From positions 17,608,001 through 17,672,000 of the forward strand of contig NC_087462.1 in NCBI RefSeq assembly GCF_036321535.1: a DNA stretch of 64,000 bases. Direction: 5' to 3'. Position numbers and translations under genes: made by a program. Under the pieces are notes generated by a model. The model made no database searches, was not told the origin of the DNA, and worked only from the letters and a program-made list of their open reading frames with translations. The number at the start of each line of letters is the position of its first letter. Within the stretch, counting starts at the first letter, position 1. Origin of the DNA: Camelus dromedarius. Taxonomy: Eukaryota. Positions 23,531 to 36,135 of the stretch are shown here, one piece after another.

Positions 23531-24479
23531 TGTATTAGTTTCACGCCCTGGTGTGAGTTGGATGATGGAAAGAAGTCCGCACCTCCTCTTGGACATTTGC
23601 AGAGGGCTGGGTATTCAGCTTAGGACTCATCTGCCCAGGACTCTCAAACTCAGTTTTGTCTGTTTCTCTACAAGCATCACAAAAACTTCCACATGGCAGA
23701 CCTCAGACTTTACAGAGCATCTGTCTCTTTTCTTTCCTTTTTTTTTTTCTTACCGTGGACCCTTATTTAAATGAAATCTGACATGAAACCCTTAACATAT
23801 AAATCAGATAAAACTAGAGCCGTACCCCTGCACGCAGGGGCCCAGGGGAACCTGGAGTCTTGACAGGTAGTAATTTCCTCACCTCCTCTCTCCCTACCCC
23901 ACTCCTGAAAGGGCCCCCGGGGCACGTGCAGAGACCTGATCAAAGAACGGGAAGACCACTGATTCATGGCTTGTTTGAGTAAATTCAGACTTCGGGAGGT
24001 AAATTCACTTAAAAGTGTAAATTTTAAAAGTCCTAAACAGTAAGGCCTTCGAGTTCTGTAAGATGGTACAATTCTTCCAAAGTTGTCCACCTGAGGTGCC
24101 AAACAGTCAACCATGGACGACGCCTCTAGTCTACCTTCTGTATCTCCCGTACACATGGCACCTAGAGCACAGTAAGGAAGGACTTCTCTTTGTTCACATG
24201 GAGGAAATCACACATACTAGTTGATTTCAGCCCTAAAATGGGATATATTCAGCACCTTGTATATAAATTCTGGCCGTTTGTAATCCAGTTCAGTAACACC
24301 ACGGGGGGAAAGGTTGGATTTCTAGCTCATAAGGCTTTCCTGGAAAATACAGGTATTTATAAAAGTATCTCATTCTCCTCTAGTTTGGAACACTTCAAAT
24401 TATCCATTTTTTAAGAAGCCGGAATGTATCTATCTATTCACCTACTTATCTATCTAAATAGTTTCACCGGGTTTGTTCC

Positions 24480-24600
24480 AAAGTTTGGAAAATTAATATC
24501 CAGAGAGGCCAAGTGTCTTGTTCAAGGTCACACAACTAGTTTGTAGTGAAGCTAGACCCAGCCTGCGGTCCTCTGCTTCTTGGTTCACTGCCTTCTCTGT
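24480..24600 (-). mobile_element. MIR SINE fragment
   Basis: CAGAGAGGCCAAGTGTCTTGTTCAAGGTCACACAACTAGT. Confidence 0.7.
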
Positions 24601-26344
24601 TCTTGGCATTATTTACTGAAGTCACATCAGTCAGCGCATCTGACTCGTGAAGAAGAACTGTATGGCTCAGCAAAAAGAAGAATCCTTTGTTGACCCCGTC
24701 ATCTTTCCAGGTCAAACTAGATTTCAGCCTCAACCACGCCAGGGAAGGCTGGATCCCAAACGAAAACAGACTTTTAAAAAGTAAGTTCCTTTTTTTCCCT
24801 TTTGAGTTTCGAAGGAACCATGTTCTGGAGATTTGTAGGTGATTTAAGGGATTTTCAAGGGTACATTTGATTGTACAGATTTTCACATCACTACTGATTT
24901 TAGAACCAAACGCATGCATTCAATGGACAATATCATCTTTCCCTCCAAAAACTGTCCCACTTCGAAGAGGCTGTTGGGCTCCAGAATCATCTGGAGGAGA
25001 GGAGAGGTGGTTCTTTTAAAAAAAAACCAGTTCAGAATGTGGCCACCTGTATCCTTACGGAGGGGCTGTCATCCACTTACTCTCTGTCCTGGGCCCTTTG
25101 CCTGCCAATCTAAGGCTCCGTCCGCCAAGCTGATCTCTCCTCCGCTCAGGTATTCTGGCCGCCCAACTCCCATGAATGTCCCAGCTGCTGCGGGGCATCC
25201 AGGACATCCCCAGAGGAGGCGGCTCTGGTCTCCCACCTGCTAACACACCTCTAGTCTCTCCTCTGAGGATGGGTTAAAAGTGGCAGTGTCCCTTGTAGAA
25301 GTCCGACTCATTTCTTGAGTCTTCCTTCCCTCTTGGCTTCAGGGGGCTGGTCTTGTGGACGACCATTCTCTCTCCCAGGGTGGGCCACACGTGCCCAGGG
25401 TGTCCTCAGACTGGTGCTCAGATTAGATAGAAAAGTCACTCCAAGGGACAAACAGACCCTACCTCGAGCAGAAATGCAGGTACATATGGGAAAGGATTTC
25501 CTGGATCAAGGGCTTCTGCACACCTGGCAGATGAGGTCCAGCCAGAACCTCTGTAGTCTGCACAGGTGTAGGTGGACATGCAAATGACAAGGAAGACTTG
25601 CCTCCTCCCAGTCTCTCCAGGGGCTGAGGGAGGGACTAAGGCTGGGGCTCTTCCGGGTCAGTTTATCAATTGCAAAGTCCTGCTTCTGCTAAAATTGATC
25701 AGTTGATGCATCGTCTGGTTGATGTGACGTGCTGTCACCCCAGCCCGGAAGCCCAACCTCTTTTCCTTCATCTCTGAACATCACCCCCACTCCAACCCCA
25801 CACAGCATTTGTATGGGACACAGACTGGTGTGAAGGCTGTGGAGATGGACGGAGGTTTAAAAATGAATTTTAAGCATCTCCGTTCTTAAAAAAATTCAGC
25901 CACTTTTCTCTGCAAGGCTCCACCTCCTGCATTCTTCCCTGGATTCTCCCCTTTGCTTCCCTCTCTTGCAAGCATCCTCTAGAAACCTGTTCTTCACCCC
26001 ACTTGCTCCCATTTTATTAGTCAGGATGATTTAACTTGGCAAAATCTCCACCTCTGAGGGGAGGTCCTACTTTTGCAATGTGTCCAGACCTACCAGTGGG
26101 ACCCCTGCTTGGGGTCCCATTCATTCTCACTCCCACAAGCAGAAGGCAACAGGACACAGATGAATTTCTACAGCTGATTCTCCTCTGAGAGTCAAAGCAT
26201 CCAGGGTTGGCTTTAACTTTAATAGCAATAAATCTCTCTCTGCAGCACCAACCTCAGCCTTACCCTGGTCTAGTAACCCGACCACCACCACCAAGAATAA
26301 TGTCAAACACTGAGGGTGTCAGGTCCCAGCCAGGACTCTAAGTG

Positions 26345-26530
26345 CCCTTCTTTCTTGATCTCATTCAGTCCTCAGCGCCTTACCCTCGGGCTATCATTAA
26401 CTCCCTTGACAGGGAGGGAAACCAAGGCTCAGAGAGAATATGCAATTTGCCCAAGGCTGTAGAGCTGAGGACTGTTCCCAAGACTTGTCTTTCCGACTCT
26501 TCCATGATGCTCTTTAACTACAGACACGGA
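26345..26530 (-). mobile_element. MIR SINE
   Basis: GACAGGGAGGGAAACCAAGGCTCAGAGAGAATATGCAATTTGCCCAAGGCTG...TCCGACTCT. Confidence 0.75.
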
Positions 26531-26918
26531 CTCCACTGTCCCTCACGTGGCTGCAGAACCGAACTTCCTGGGAAACTGAGGACCCAGAATTGCCAGGTAG
26601 GCGCAGAGGAGGTAAGGGGGCCCCATAGGCAGGGCATACAACTTCCTAGTCATTGCTACAGAGATTCTTTTCAACCTCAGAAGAATGTGGCATTCCACGC
26701 TAACCCATCATTTGAAATTCCTGCAATAAATGAAAAAATAAACACGCAGCTGAGGATATAATTCAGCTAACCTCGCTCCCAAATGAGGCTGATTCCAGAT
26801 AGAAAGCAGATTTTCATATTTACTGTACGCGACAGCTGGAGGAGTTGAATCAATCATCTGTCTATCTCCATCGCCTCGTTCCTCCTGTGCTGTATGTATC
26901 TATCCCTGGGGCTGTCTG

Positions 26919-27130
26919 NNNNNNNNNNNNNNNNNNNNNNNNNNNNNNNNNNNNNNNNNNNNNNNNNNNNNNNNNNNNNNNNNNNNNNNNNNNNNNNNNN
27001 NNNNNNNNNNNNNNNNNNNNNNNNNNNNNNNNNNNNNNNNNNNNNNNNNNNNNNNNNNNNNNNNNNNNNNNNNNNNNNNNNNNNNNNNNNNNNNNNNNNN
27101 NNNNNNNNNNNNNNNNNNNNNNNNNNNNNN
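26919..27130. other. Assembly gap (212 N)
   Basis: N run. Confidence 0.99.
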
Positions 27131-27796
27131 GGACCCGTTTCCCTTCTTACATTTCCCAGAAGGGCGAAGCCAGTGCACACCAGGGAGATAATTACGCAGA
27201 GCTGGGGATGGGGCTGGATATTTATTTTGCCTTTGAACTATTTATCTCAGCTGTGAATTTGGGGGAGGGTGTGGGACGGGGATCTTGAGTGGTGGCAGGG
27301 TTCTGAATGGGGTGCAGAGCGGGCCCAGGAGGGAAGTTAACGGAAACAAGTGAAGATTGGAACCTTGGAAATTCAAAGAAAATAAAATAAACTCAGCTCC
27401 AAAGGTCAAGTTTTGGGAGTCTGTCTGCCTATTCTGATACTGACGGAGGATGGGCGGGGGTAGGGGGTGGAGACGGTGGCACAGCGAAGGCAAGGAGGCG
27501 AGAGGAGACAGCATCACCAGTCTCTTGCAAAGCCTTTCACATGGCTGCTCTGTGCTCTGCCGTAGCAAGACCCGCCTAGCAAAGTGAGATTCCAGTGAGA
27601 CTGGAAACTGTAGATGTTTGGCAGAAATCTCCTGCCTTTTGGCTGCCCACCCTCTTCCTTGGAGAACAGCACATCACCCTAGTACCTGCCGAGGAACTGG
27701 CTTTCCCTACATATAATCCAGTGGGACGATTAAACAAGGTGTCCTACTGTTCCCTGGCCAAACGTGTGACCCAAGCTGGGCCACTGAGATTCCCCT

Positions 27797-28064
27797 TCCA
27801 TGGTATTTCTTTTTTTTTTATTTTTTATGGAAGTGCAATTGATTCACAATGTTAGTTTCAGGTGTACAGCAAAGCAATTCAGTTATACATATACAGACAT
27901 ATATTTTCAGGTTCTTTTCCATTACAGCTTATTACAAGAACTTGGATATAGTCCCCTGTGCTATACAGTCGATCCTTCTTGTTTATCTATTTTAAATATA
28001 GTAATGTCTATCTGTTAATCCCAAACTTCTAATTTATCCCTTCCCCCTCTTCTCCATGGTATTT
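27797..28064 (-). mobile_element. 5'-truncated L1 3'-UTR insertion with 12-bp TSD
   Basis: TSD TCCATGGTATTT at 27797-27808 and 28053-28064; T-rich tail at left; body TGATTCACAATGTTAGTTTCAGGTGTACAGCAAAGC...GTCCCCTGTGCTATACAG. Confidence 0.95.
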
Positions 28065-29099
28065 GAATTATAGGCAAAGGGGCCAAAAAACTGAATGTAG
28101 TTGACATCTATTCATTAGCACTAGTGCCTGGGTGCAAATGTCGACCGATCGCTGCTCTTAAGAAGCTCTGAAGAGAATCAGTGCCTGTCTCTGCAAGCTC
28201 TGTTTCTTGACCTTCTCTTTGATTCGACATGCCCGACCTCATATACTTTCCAAAAATCCTACTTCAATTACCTAGGTTTGCTAGTGTGTTTTGTTACTTT
28301 CAACCGGAGAACTCTGTCTAAGCGGCCAAAGGACCTGGCTTTCTCTGGAGAGTCACAGAGCCCTGAGAGGTGGAAAGAGGAAGGTGCTAGAGATCTTGTC
28401 TGTGGCGTTTGCACAGTCAGGCAACAGCCACACAAACGGGGAAGGATGGGCAGGCGGGAAGGTGAAAGCATTCCTCTGTTCATTTTCTCATTCAAACTGA
28501 ACCCAGCCTCCCAGCCTCCAGGATTCCTGCTGGGGTGACTCTCAAAGTCAGAGACGCTGGAGAGGCACTCCACCTGGCAACCCCACCCAGAGGGAAGGGA
28601 AGACCTCAGTGTGTGTTGCCTGGGGTCAAGCACCTGCCTATGAGTCAAACTCAGAGAGGAAGGAGAGACACCCCAAGACCTCCCAGCTTGAAAGGGCAGG
28701 GGAGGATGCTAAATGCATAAAAGTTTCCATGTGCAGACAATTGGAGGATGACCTGGCTCTCACTCCTAACTCTACTACGCTCAGAGACAGCGGGAGCAGG
28801 CTCACCTAAGGCTGCTCCCATTTCATGACTCACAGTTTGCGAGGCAGCCTTGGATGAAACAGATGTCATGACTGCTTTATTGTCGTTCCTCACTGCCACC
28901 CTTCATTCATCTGTGCGAACACAAGGGCCTTTGGCCTTCCTCCCCTTTTCTTTTCTCCTTCCTCCCCATCCCTCCCCCATGTGAAGAGCACAGGACACGT
29001 ACCAGGCAGAGTCTGCTTTTACCAGTCAGCCCGGCCCCTCGTAAGAAGCAGCGAAGGCCCAGCTGGCCATGCCAGAGACACGAGTTCCTTCTCTTTCCT

Positions 29100-29660
29100 G
29101 AACTGCACCAAATAAGGAGAAGAGGATCAGAAAACCACCGTGATTAGATTATATGGAAGAGGGTCAAAGATTAAAGACCCACTGCCTCTCATTATTAGCG
29201 GAGGGATGACAGATTCAGACCAGAGCACAAAAGAAAATACGTTATTTCAAAACAGGATATGAAACCCAGTCCTAGGCGATTAGTCTCCGTTAAGTAAATT
29301 TACTATCTAATCTTTTAGCTGTCTCCCGAAATTGCTGGTCCAAGACGCCCCCCTCTCCTCCGCTGGAAGCTCACCCTTGGGCGGGTGCTGTCCTCTGCCC
29401 CGCGTTCCATCAGCGCCTTAATGGAACTGGGACTCAGCTCACGGGGGTCGGGGGCGTGGGGCAGAAGGGGCTGGAAGCGAAATGCACCTCATAATAAAAA
29501 CAGGATGTGTGCACCACCGGGCAGCCCCACCGGAGGAAGGACAGGGACGGAGGAGAGGGGAAACGACCCCGCCTTTGGTTTCCGCGCCAGGCCCATCGGC
29601 CAGGAGACGACTCTTCAACACCGCTTTGGACACAACCCGGGGAAACTACGGGCTCTCCTC
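29100..29660. promoter_or_regulatory. Candidate cis-regulatory element: CArG box, DUX-type motif, CpG-rich patch and G-quadruplex motif
   Basis: CCAAATAAGG 29108-29117; TAATCTAATCA (rc) 29141-29151; about 22 CpG in about 310 bp (29345-29655); G4 motif 29443-29470. Confidence 0.4.
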
Positions 29661-30959
29661 TTTCCACTCAGCCCCAAGGGGCCCACATGCCAAGGAATTC
29701 CATGTTCCCGGATTGTTCTCAAACCAGACCAACCTTCAAAGCTTTGATTTTAAATGAATGCTGCTATGCAGGCCAAATCCCGCAGGCCTGTGCTGGGGCC
29801 CAGAGAGGACAAGACGTGTGCTTGGAGGACAGGCAGGCTCACTGCAGCATCCAAGCAATGAGAAAACAAAGAGAAAACAGGACCCAGTGGAAACGAGGGT
29901 AGCATCTTTCTTGGCTTGGATGCTATGGTCAACACAGAGTGTTAACAACCAGAGATGGGGAGGGTCTCGAGCCCAAAGCAACGCCTTCCCGCCTCTATTT
30001 ACCAAAAGGAACTCTTCTCCCCTGCTCCCCCAGGCTTCACTATTTTCTCATCGTCTGTTTAGTCTAAAAGGCTGAACTACTGCACAAAGAAAGTTCTCTC
30101 CAAGAATGAGTTTTCCAGAAAGAGCTCCTCAGACAAGGCTGGTGTGTGCACCGCTCCCCACCGCCCGGGTGAAAGGGGCATGTGTTTAACAGGAGGGGCT
30201 GGAGCGGAGCTGGACTCCCCGAAGGATTCCCGAGGTACTCTGTTTGTGTGATTTATCCCTTCTGGAAAATCCAAACATACAAATGTGCCTGCTGTAAAAG
30301 CAAGAACAGACCGGGGACTCAGGCTTCCAAACAAAGCTCACCGCATACCGCTCGCCTCCCCCGGGGGCTGTCTCCATTTTAACCTTTGGAGGTTTCATCC
30401 AAAACAGATCAAAGGGAGGTGTCTGTAGTTTTGCTGGGGATCGGCGGGTATCATTCCTCCCTCTCTCTCTTTCTCCTCAGCACTAGGCACGCTTCACCCG
30501 GAACCCAGGAAGGGAAGGAACTGGGCCGAATGGGACATCCCCCAGGTCCTGGGATTTCAGAGCCTGACACCATCATGTCCATCAAGGAAGCAAAAACACA
30601 CGACTCAGAGTTCCCACACTTCCCGAGAATGGGACCCAACCCTCGGAGGAACCCAAACTCTTCATCCGGCAACGGTTTGTTCACGGGAGGTTTTACTCTC
30701 GTTGTAGAAGAGCTGAGACCAGCTCTGCATGCCTTGGAAATTCCAGCCCCCACACCCTTTCTCCCTGGCAAAAGCTGAACTGTGGAGCGATGCCCGGCTT
30801 TGAGACTCGTGTGCAAGCTGATGGAGATGGCAGGCAGAGTTAAAGACACGGACTTGTTCGCTCCTACGTCATCTGCCCAAGGGGAAGGCCGCCTCCTAGG
30901 TCAGGAACTGCGCTCAGGGCTGGAAACACACGATTTTAGCTCGGCTTTAAGTCAGTCCT

Positions 30960-31100
30960 GTGAAGTCGATGCTGGTACTCACATCCCTACGTTGTGTGGA
31001 GGCAACTGAAGCTCAGAAAGTGTCATCCTTAACAAAGGTCACACAGCTTGGTAAAGTGGCAGAGAGAGGGTCAGGACCAGGGCCTGTCTTTCTCTACCAT
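30960..31100 (-). mobile_element. MIR SINE fragment
   Basis: GGCAACTGAAGCTCAGAAAGTGTCATCCTTAACAAAGGTCACACAGCTTGGTAAAGTGGCAGAG. Confidence 0.75.
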
Positions 31101-31229
31101 CCAAGGTCTTGTCTGTCCATGTCGACTTGGGCACTGCGACAAGACTTCAGGATGGCCCCAGAGTTTTCCATGCCCTTTGATCCAGTGCCTACAGTGCTAT
31201 GGTCTTCACTTTAGAAAAGAATTATGAAG

Positions 31230-31420
31230 GTAGACAGAGATTTATTTACAAGGATGTTCAGTAACACAATTGATAACAGCAGAAATTGGGGAGAAAAATA
31301 CAGTATTGGTTAAATAAAATATATCCATACAACAGAATCTGATGTAGTCGTTAAATCTAGGTTAGAAGACTATTTAATATCATGGAAATGTTCACAATGT
31401 AATGTGAAAAAAGTGAATGT
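31230..31420 (+). mobile_element. Ancient L1M fragment
   Basis: ATTTACAAGGATGTTCAGTAACACAATTG...GGTTAAATAAAATATATCCATACAACAGAAT. Confidence 0.55.
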
Positions 31421-31569
31421 GTGACCAAATGTTCATCCATAAATCCATTCTGGTTTAGCCACACAGTGCAATACTGCAACGCTACGGGAAAGGATGATTG
31501 AGTTCCAGGCAAGTACTGACTTAGAAGGATTTCTTCTCTCTGCTAATTTGCACTTTCACTCCAAACAGG

Positions 31570-31748
31570 CTGTACAGCACAGGGAACTATATTCAATAGC
31601 TTACGGTAACTTACGGTGAAAAAGAACATGAAAACGAATATATGCATGTGCCTGTGTGACTGAAGCATGTGCTGCGCACCAGAAACTGACACAACATTGT
31701 AAACTGACTACACTTCAATAAAAATATGTAACACAGAAAAAAAAAGCA
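31570..31748 (+). mobile_element. L1 3'-UTR fragment (artiodactyl type)
   Basis: CTGTACAGCACAGGGAACTATATTCAATAGCTT...CCAGAAACTGACACAACATTGTAAACTGACTACACTTCAATAAAAA, followed by an A-tail. Confidence 0.9.
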
Positions 31749-31849
31749 TTAAAACCCACTTTCAACCGTCACGTGCAGGGCACTACTTTTAGAAACTGTC
31801 TCAATGTGAAGTGTGCAATGATATACACGAGCAGGGTGATTTCCACTTA

Positions 31850-32060
31850 TCAGTTAGCACGCAGTTTGAATCACACGTTGGTTTATTTATCAAGGCATCC
31901 TGGGCACACTGTGGGGGACGTGCTCACGGGGACTGGGCCAGGCAACAGGTCGGATCTTGGTAAGTGGGGAGATCCGAGGGAAGTGGGGATCAGACCTGAA
32001 TAGAGCCAGGGTGGAGGAGACGAACTGTGATGGGGCCTGGAGGCGTCTGGGAAGGCGGCA
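31850..32060 (-). mobile_element. L2 LINE fragment
   Basis: TTATTTATCAAGGCATCCTGGGCACACTG...CTCACGGG...GATCAGACCTGAATAGAG. Confidence 0.5.
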
Positions 32061-32524
32061 GGAGGACCACTCCCTCCTCACGAGCAGCAGTGCCAGTGCA
32101 TACGGCGGGTGTTCAAACACAGGCCCTCCCTCACGCCCGTCAAAATAAAATAAGTTAAGTAAAGCGTCAGGTGGCAGGGCCAGCAGCCTCGAGCTGGCCC
32201 TGTTCCCAGCTGACACTCCCTGACTTTAATTTTTGCAGATGGAGACAAACGGGTTAGCCGGCGCCCCAGGCAGGGCGGCCCCTCCCCCTCCTGCCCTTTA
32301 CTATAATAACTGTACGTCTTAATTTCTTCTTCGATCAATAACTCCATGCCCGAATTCTAAAGATACATCATCTGCTCTCACTGTCCTCTGATAACTGGTT
32401 TGAATCAATGTCAGGCACATTATTCCTAGAGCCCTGGATTACTGTATCAAAGGCATCTGGCTTCCCAGGAAGCTCCTAGGACCCTGTATATTTAAGGGCA
32501 CTGAAGGCTGGAGCCAAGACTAGA

Positions 32525-32953
32525 GTCCCATTAACTCCCAGGTGAGCACTGCCAGTCCATGAGCTGCTGATGACTGATCTCTAAAGACATAAACACAGAA
32601 GGTGAGAGTTAGTTATCCAGGAACTTGTATTAACAATTCGACACTCCCACCTTCTAGTACCTGATATTAATCACCTGTACACACCTTTTCCACGACCAAC
32701 GTGCACAGTGCGATAATTATTTTCCTTTTTTCTGATTATGTGTAATTCAGATTATATTTTTTTCAAGTGTCATTCTATGCCTGTTTTAATAATTACATAT
32801 TTGGGCTTTGATTTTGTTTTTTTTTTTTTCATTTCATTTGCCTAGTAAGGCATTTTTATTAGGTTTTACAAATATATATTAGTCCATAGGTTGAAGAGTT
32901 TTTTTTTTTTTTAATGAAAAAAGTCCATCTCCAAAGATAATTTGAAAAGCACT
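32525..32953 (+). mobile_element. hAT-Charlie element (Charlie7-like)
   Basis: GCCAGTCCATGAGCTG...ATAAACACAGAAGGTGAGAGTTAG...GAACTTGTATTAACAATTCGACA and terminus AAAAAGTCCATCTCCAAAGATAATTTGAAAAGCACT resemble the recalled consensus; subfamily uncertain. Confidence 0.55.
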
Positions 32954-34165
32954 AAGTAGGTATAGGTACAGTCCTCTTAGCTTTTTTGATTAACGGAGAT
33001 AATCAAGAGTTGAATAGAGCTGGCATTTCGGGTACAGCTTCATCCTTGGGTAGAACCCCAACTGGGTGGCACTTTGAAGGATCCTCAGGGCCTCCTGAGA
33101 ATCTCTTTGAACTAAGCTGATGGGAAGGTCAACGGACCGAGAGAATTTGGGGGCATAATCTCCTTATTTTGTGCCGAGGGACTCCTGGTTACTAATATCC
33201 TTTTTTTTTTTTAATACAGTCATTACCCCCACTGCACCCTGCCTTCCTGCAATCTCACTCCACCTTTCTGATCTGCATAATTGTGCCTAGCAACAGTAAA
33301 TTTTTTACTTAAAACAACCTCCGCTACAAGAACATTTATATACATTCGGGGGAGGGGAGGATAAGCTATTGCCCATAGATTCGACTTACTTGCTCAGTTT
33401 CCTTTGAGAAAGAATAATCATGCATTTTAAGCCGTGCTAGCAAAGCCACAGAATAATCCAGACTGCGAGGCGAGAAGTGGTCACGCTGCTGTCCCGGAAA
33501 CCTGGGTGAATTGATGACCCTGCCTCATACGACATTTCCAGCCGCATTTGAGATGGATTTGAACGTCAAAAGGCTAAGTCTGACTTCCTGATATCCACTG
33601 GCTCCAGAAAACTCAGCGATCAGAACATCGCTGCCTGTGCAACAGAGCGCTCCCTGCTTTACAGAGATCTCACAAGCCTCATCCCCCAGGTAAACTCCCC
33701 ACGATTACCTAAAGCCAGGGATTTCCCTGTCTGGTGCCCACTTATCTTTTCACATAAATCAATAGTAGGTTAGTGCTAACGTTTTCTTTTCTGCCTAAGC
33801 CCTGCAATCCCTTCCCCTAGGATGGGAGCAAATATCATCTTCATTGGAAATACTGCAGATCTTAAGTGGGCTTTGATGTTGTCTTGTTTCGTGGAGGCTA
33901 AAATTCTTCTCGGGAGGCGGGCAGGCTGCTGGGGAAAAGCAGAGGTGCCTGAGCTGCCTTCTTCCCTGCTCCATCAGCTCTCAGCTGTGGGCCCAGAGGG
34001 ATATTACATAACTTCTCTGTGTCTCAGTTTCCACACCTGCAAGATGGGGAACGTGACTCCTAGAGTTTTTGTAAAAATTAACTTACAAAATATTTAGAAG
34101 AGTGCTTGGCACCGAGTAAGTATTAGCTGCGATAACTGTTTACTTATTTAGGAAGGTATAAACTA

Positions 34166-34306
34166 TCTCCAAAAAGCTTTTGCGGGGGAGGGGGGGATTA
34201 GGTTGGTTTGTTTGCTTAATTAAATGGAGGAACTGGGGATTGAACTCAGGACCTCGTGCATGCTAAGCACAAACTACCACTGAACTACACCCTCTCCTCT
34301 CCAAAA
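34166..34306 (-). mobile_element. Vic-1 camelid tRNA-derived SINE
   Basis: rc reads GAGGGTGTAGTTCAGTGGTAG...GCTTAGCATGCACGAGGTCCTGAGTTCAATCCCCAG (Pol III A/B boxes) plus AACCTAAT...CCCC tail; TSD TCTCCAAAA at 34166-34174 and 34298-34306. Confidence 0.9.
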
Positions 34307-34399
34307 GGTGTTTGAAGTACGTCATATGGACAGAGAAATCAAAAAAATTTTTTTTCCTTTCTCAAAAGAACCAAAATCCCCAAATTTAAGTCTGGGTTT

Positions 34400-34665
34400 G
34401 AAACTACATTAGGGATGGGAAGGGATAAACTGGGAGTTTGAGATTTGCAAATATTAACTACCACATGTAAAACTGATAAAAAACAATTTCTTCTGTATAT
34501 AGCACAAGGAACTATATTCAATATCTTGCAGTAACCTATAATGAAAAAGAATATGAAAATGAATGTATGTAGATGTAAGACTGAAATATTATGCTGTATA
34601 CCAGAAACTGACACACTGTTAACTGACTATATTTCAATTAAAAAAAAAAAAGAAACTACATTAGG
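34400..34665 (+). mobile_element. 5'-truncated L1 3'-UTR insertion with 14-bp TSD
   Basis: TSD GAAACTACATTAGG at 34400-34413 and 34652-34665; poly(A) tail; body GGGATAAACTGGGAGTTTGAGATT...TATAGCACAAGGAACTATATTCAATATCTTG. Confidence 0.95.
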
Positions 34666-36135
34666 ATCTTATAACCGTATTACAAGGAGACCAAGGAAGA
34701 AAGGAGAAGGAAAAGAAAAAAAGAGAAGAGGTTGAATTTAGTGGAAAAAGTAATGGCTAAAAGGAGGGCAAACAATGGAAAATGTGCTTGTGACAAACCA
34801 GAATTATCACTTGACTTTGAAACTGAGTGCCATAAAATTAAAAATAATAATCACAGAACTTTAAAAAAAATCCCAAGGGAGGAGAGAAACAGACAAACAG
34901 CAAGTGAATCTGAAATGCTGGTGGACACCAGTGGGCCAAGAGCTCAGTGTTGGGACTGGCAGGGTCGTCAGTTCCTGACACAGAGCTCCTCAAACTGCAT
35001 GGCCCTCTGCAGCGAGGGAACCGGTTATTCAATCCAAATTTCCTAAATGAGAACAAGCCACCCCATCTGAACTGCCCAAATTCAATTAAGTCACCTGGCA
35101 TGCTTCTCAGCTGGCCTTGTCTTTTACTCATAATGGTCTCCGATCATTGTGATGTCAGGGTGGCCACGCGGTCTGTCAAAGGCCAACAACAGAAGAAAGC
35201 TCTCTGCAGTCTCCGGGAAATAGCCAGGTGAGACCGCACGGGGCCTCGTGACCTCTTGTTGGGAAAATGTCAGGGTAATTCTGAAAACCTCTTGCCTGCT
35301 TTTCCAAGAGGAGGGGCCCCATTTATAAAGCTTTCTACTCCTTCATGGACCACTTCTAGAACTCGGAGGAAAGTAATTGGAAGATGAGGCCGATTTTCGG
35401 TTAAGTGTTGACAAAATGTGAGTTCTGGGGGAAGTTTATACATAACAGAAGAACATCTCAAAACTTTGCAGACTTAGCAACCCGAGGGGGTGCGGCTTGT
35501 CAAATAGGCAGATCGTGGTTCTCCCCAACCCCCATGCTGAATCATGGCGTCCACTGGAGGACCAGCTCTGCACTCTGAGGCACCCAGATGATCCTAATAA
35601 TAAACTTTCAGAAATAGTGGTCCTGAAACATCCCACATGGGAGAGAAATGCTGCAAAGACAGCAACAAGAAACCATAAAGGAGTCATCTAAAATTTTCAG
35701 GTCATTTCACAGAACAACAGTGACTTGAGCCTCAAGTGCCTTCCCTACTAGATGGGATTTCCTTAAGGTCAGGGCCTTTCTTTCCGTGTTGCACCTGCAG
35801 CCCCTGGGCTCCGCACCCTGCGGGGGGGGGGGGGGTTCAGTTCTAGGGTAGAGAACTAAGTCTGCAGCCTGAGTTCACGTGACCTCTTTCGACAACCAGT
35901 TCAGGAGTCACAGCCCAATTCCCTTGAGAGCTGCCATCTGAGCTGAGCCAGGAATAGGCCATTCGGGCCCCCAGCATTACTCTGCCCATTTTTTCCTGGA
36001 CTTTGCAAGATCTTAGGAGGTAGAAAGAGATTAAATCTCTGCTCTGCTGTCAGCAGAAGAACCAAGTAGCAGTCTGGGTTCTGCAGGGGGAGTGTGTACC
36101 CCCAACTCAAGGGCAAGACAATGGGGGGAGGCATC

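Noticed and set aside
24232-24241. Additional CArG matches (24232; also within L1 3' UTRs near 45214 and 50949)
   Set aside because: About 4 CArG matches are expected by chance in 64 kb, and two are carried by L1 consensus sequence.
30455-30780. Very strong polypyrimidine acceptor at 30480 followed by open frames
   Set aside because: No adequate splice donor downstream and no recognisable peptide; likely a (CT)n-derived tract.
34181-34297. tRNA-like sequence with A and B boxes (also 50017-50143)
   Set aside because: TSD-flanked SINE copies with a Vic-1 tail; no complete cloverleaf, so not tRNA genes.
35822-35835. G14 homopolymer
   Set aside because: Simple homopolymer of unreliable length; no further structure.
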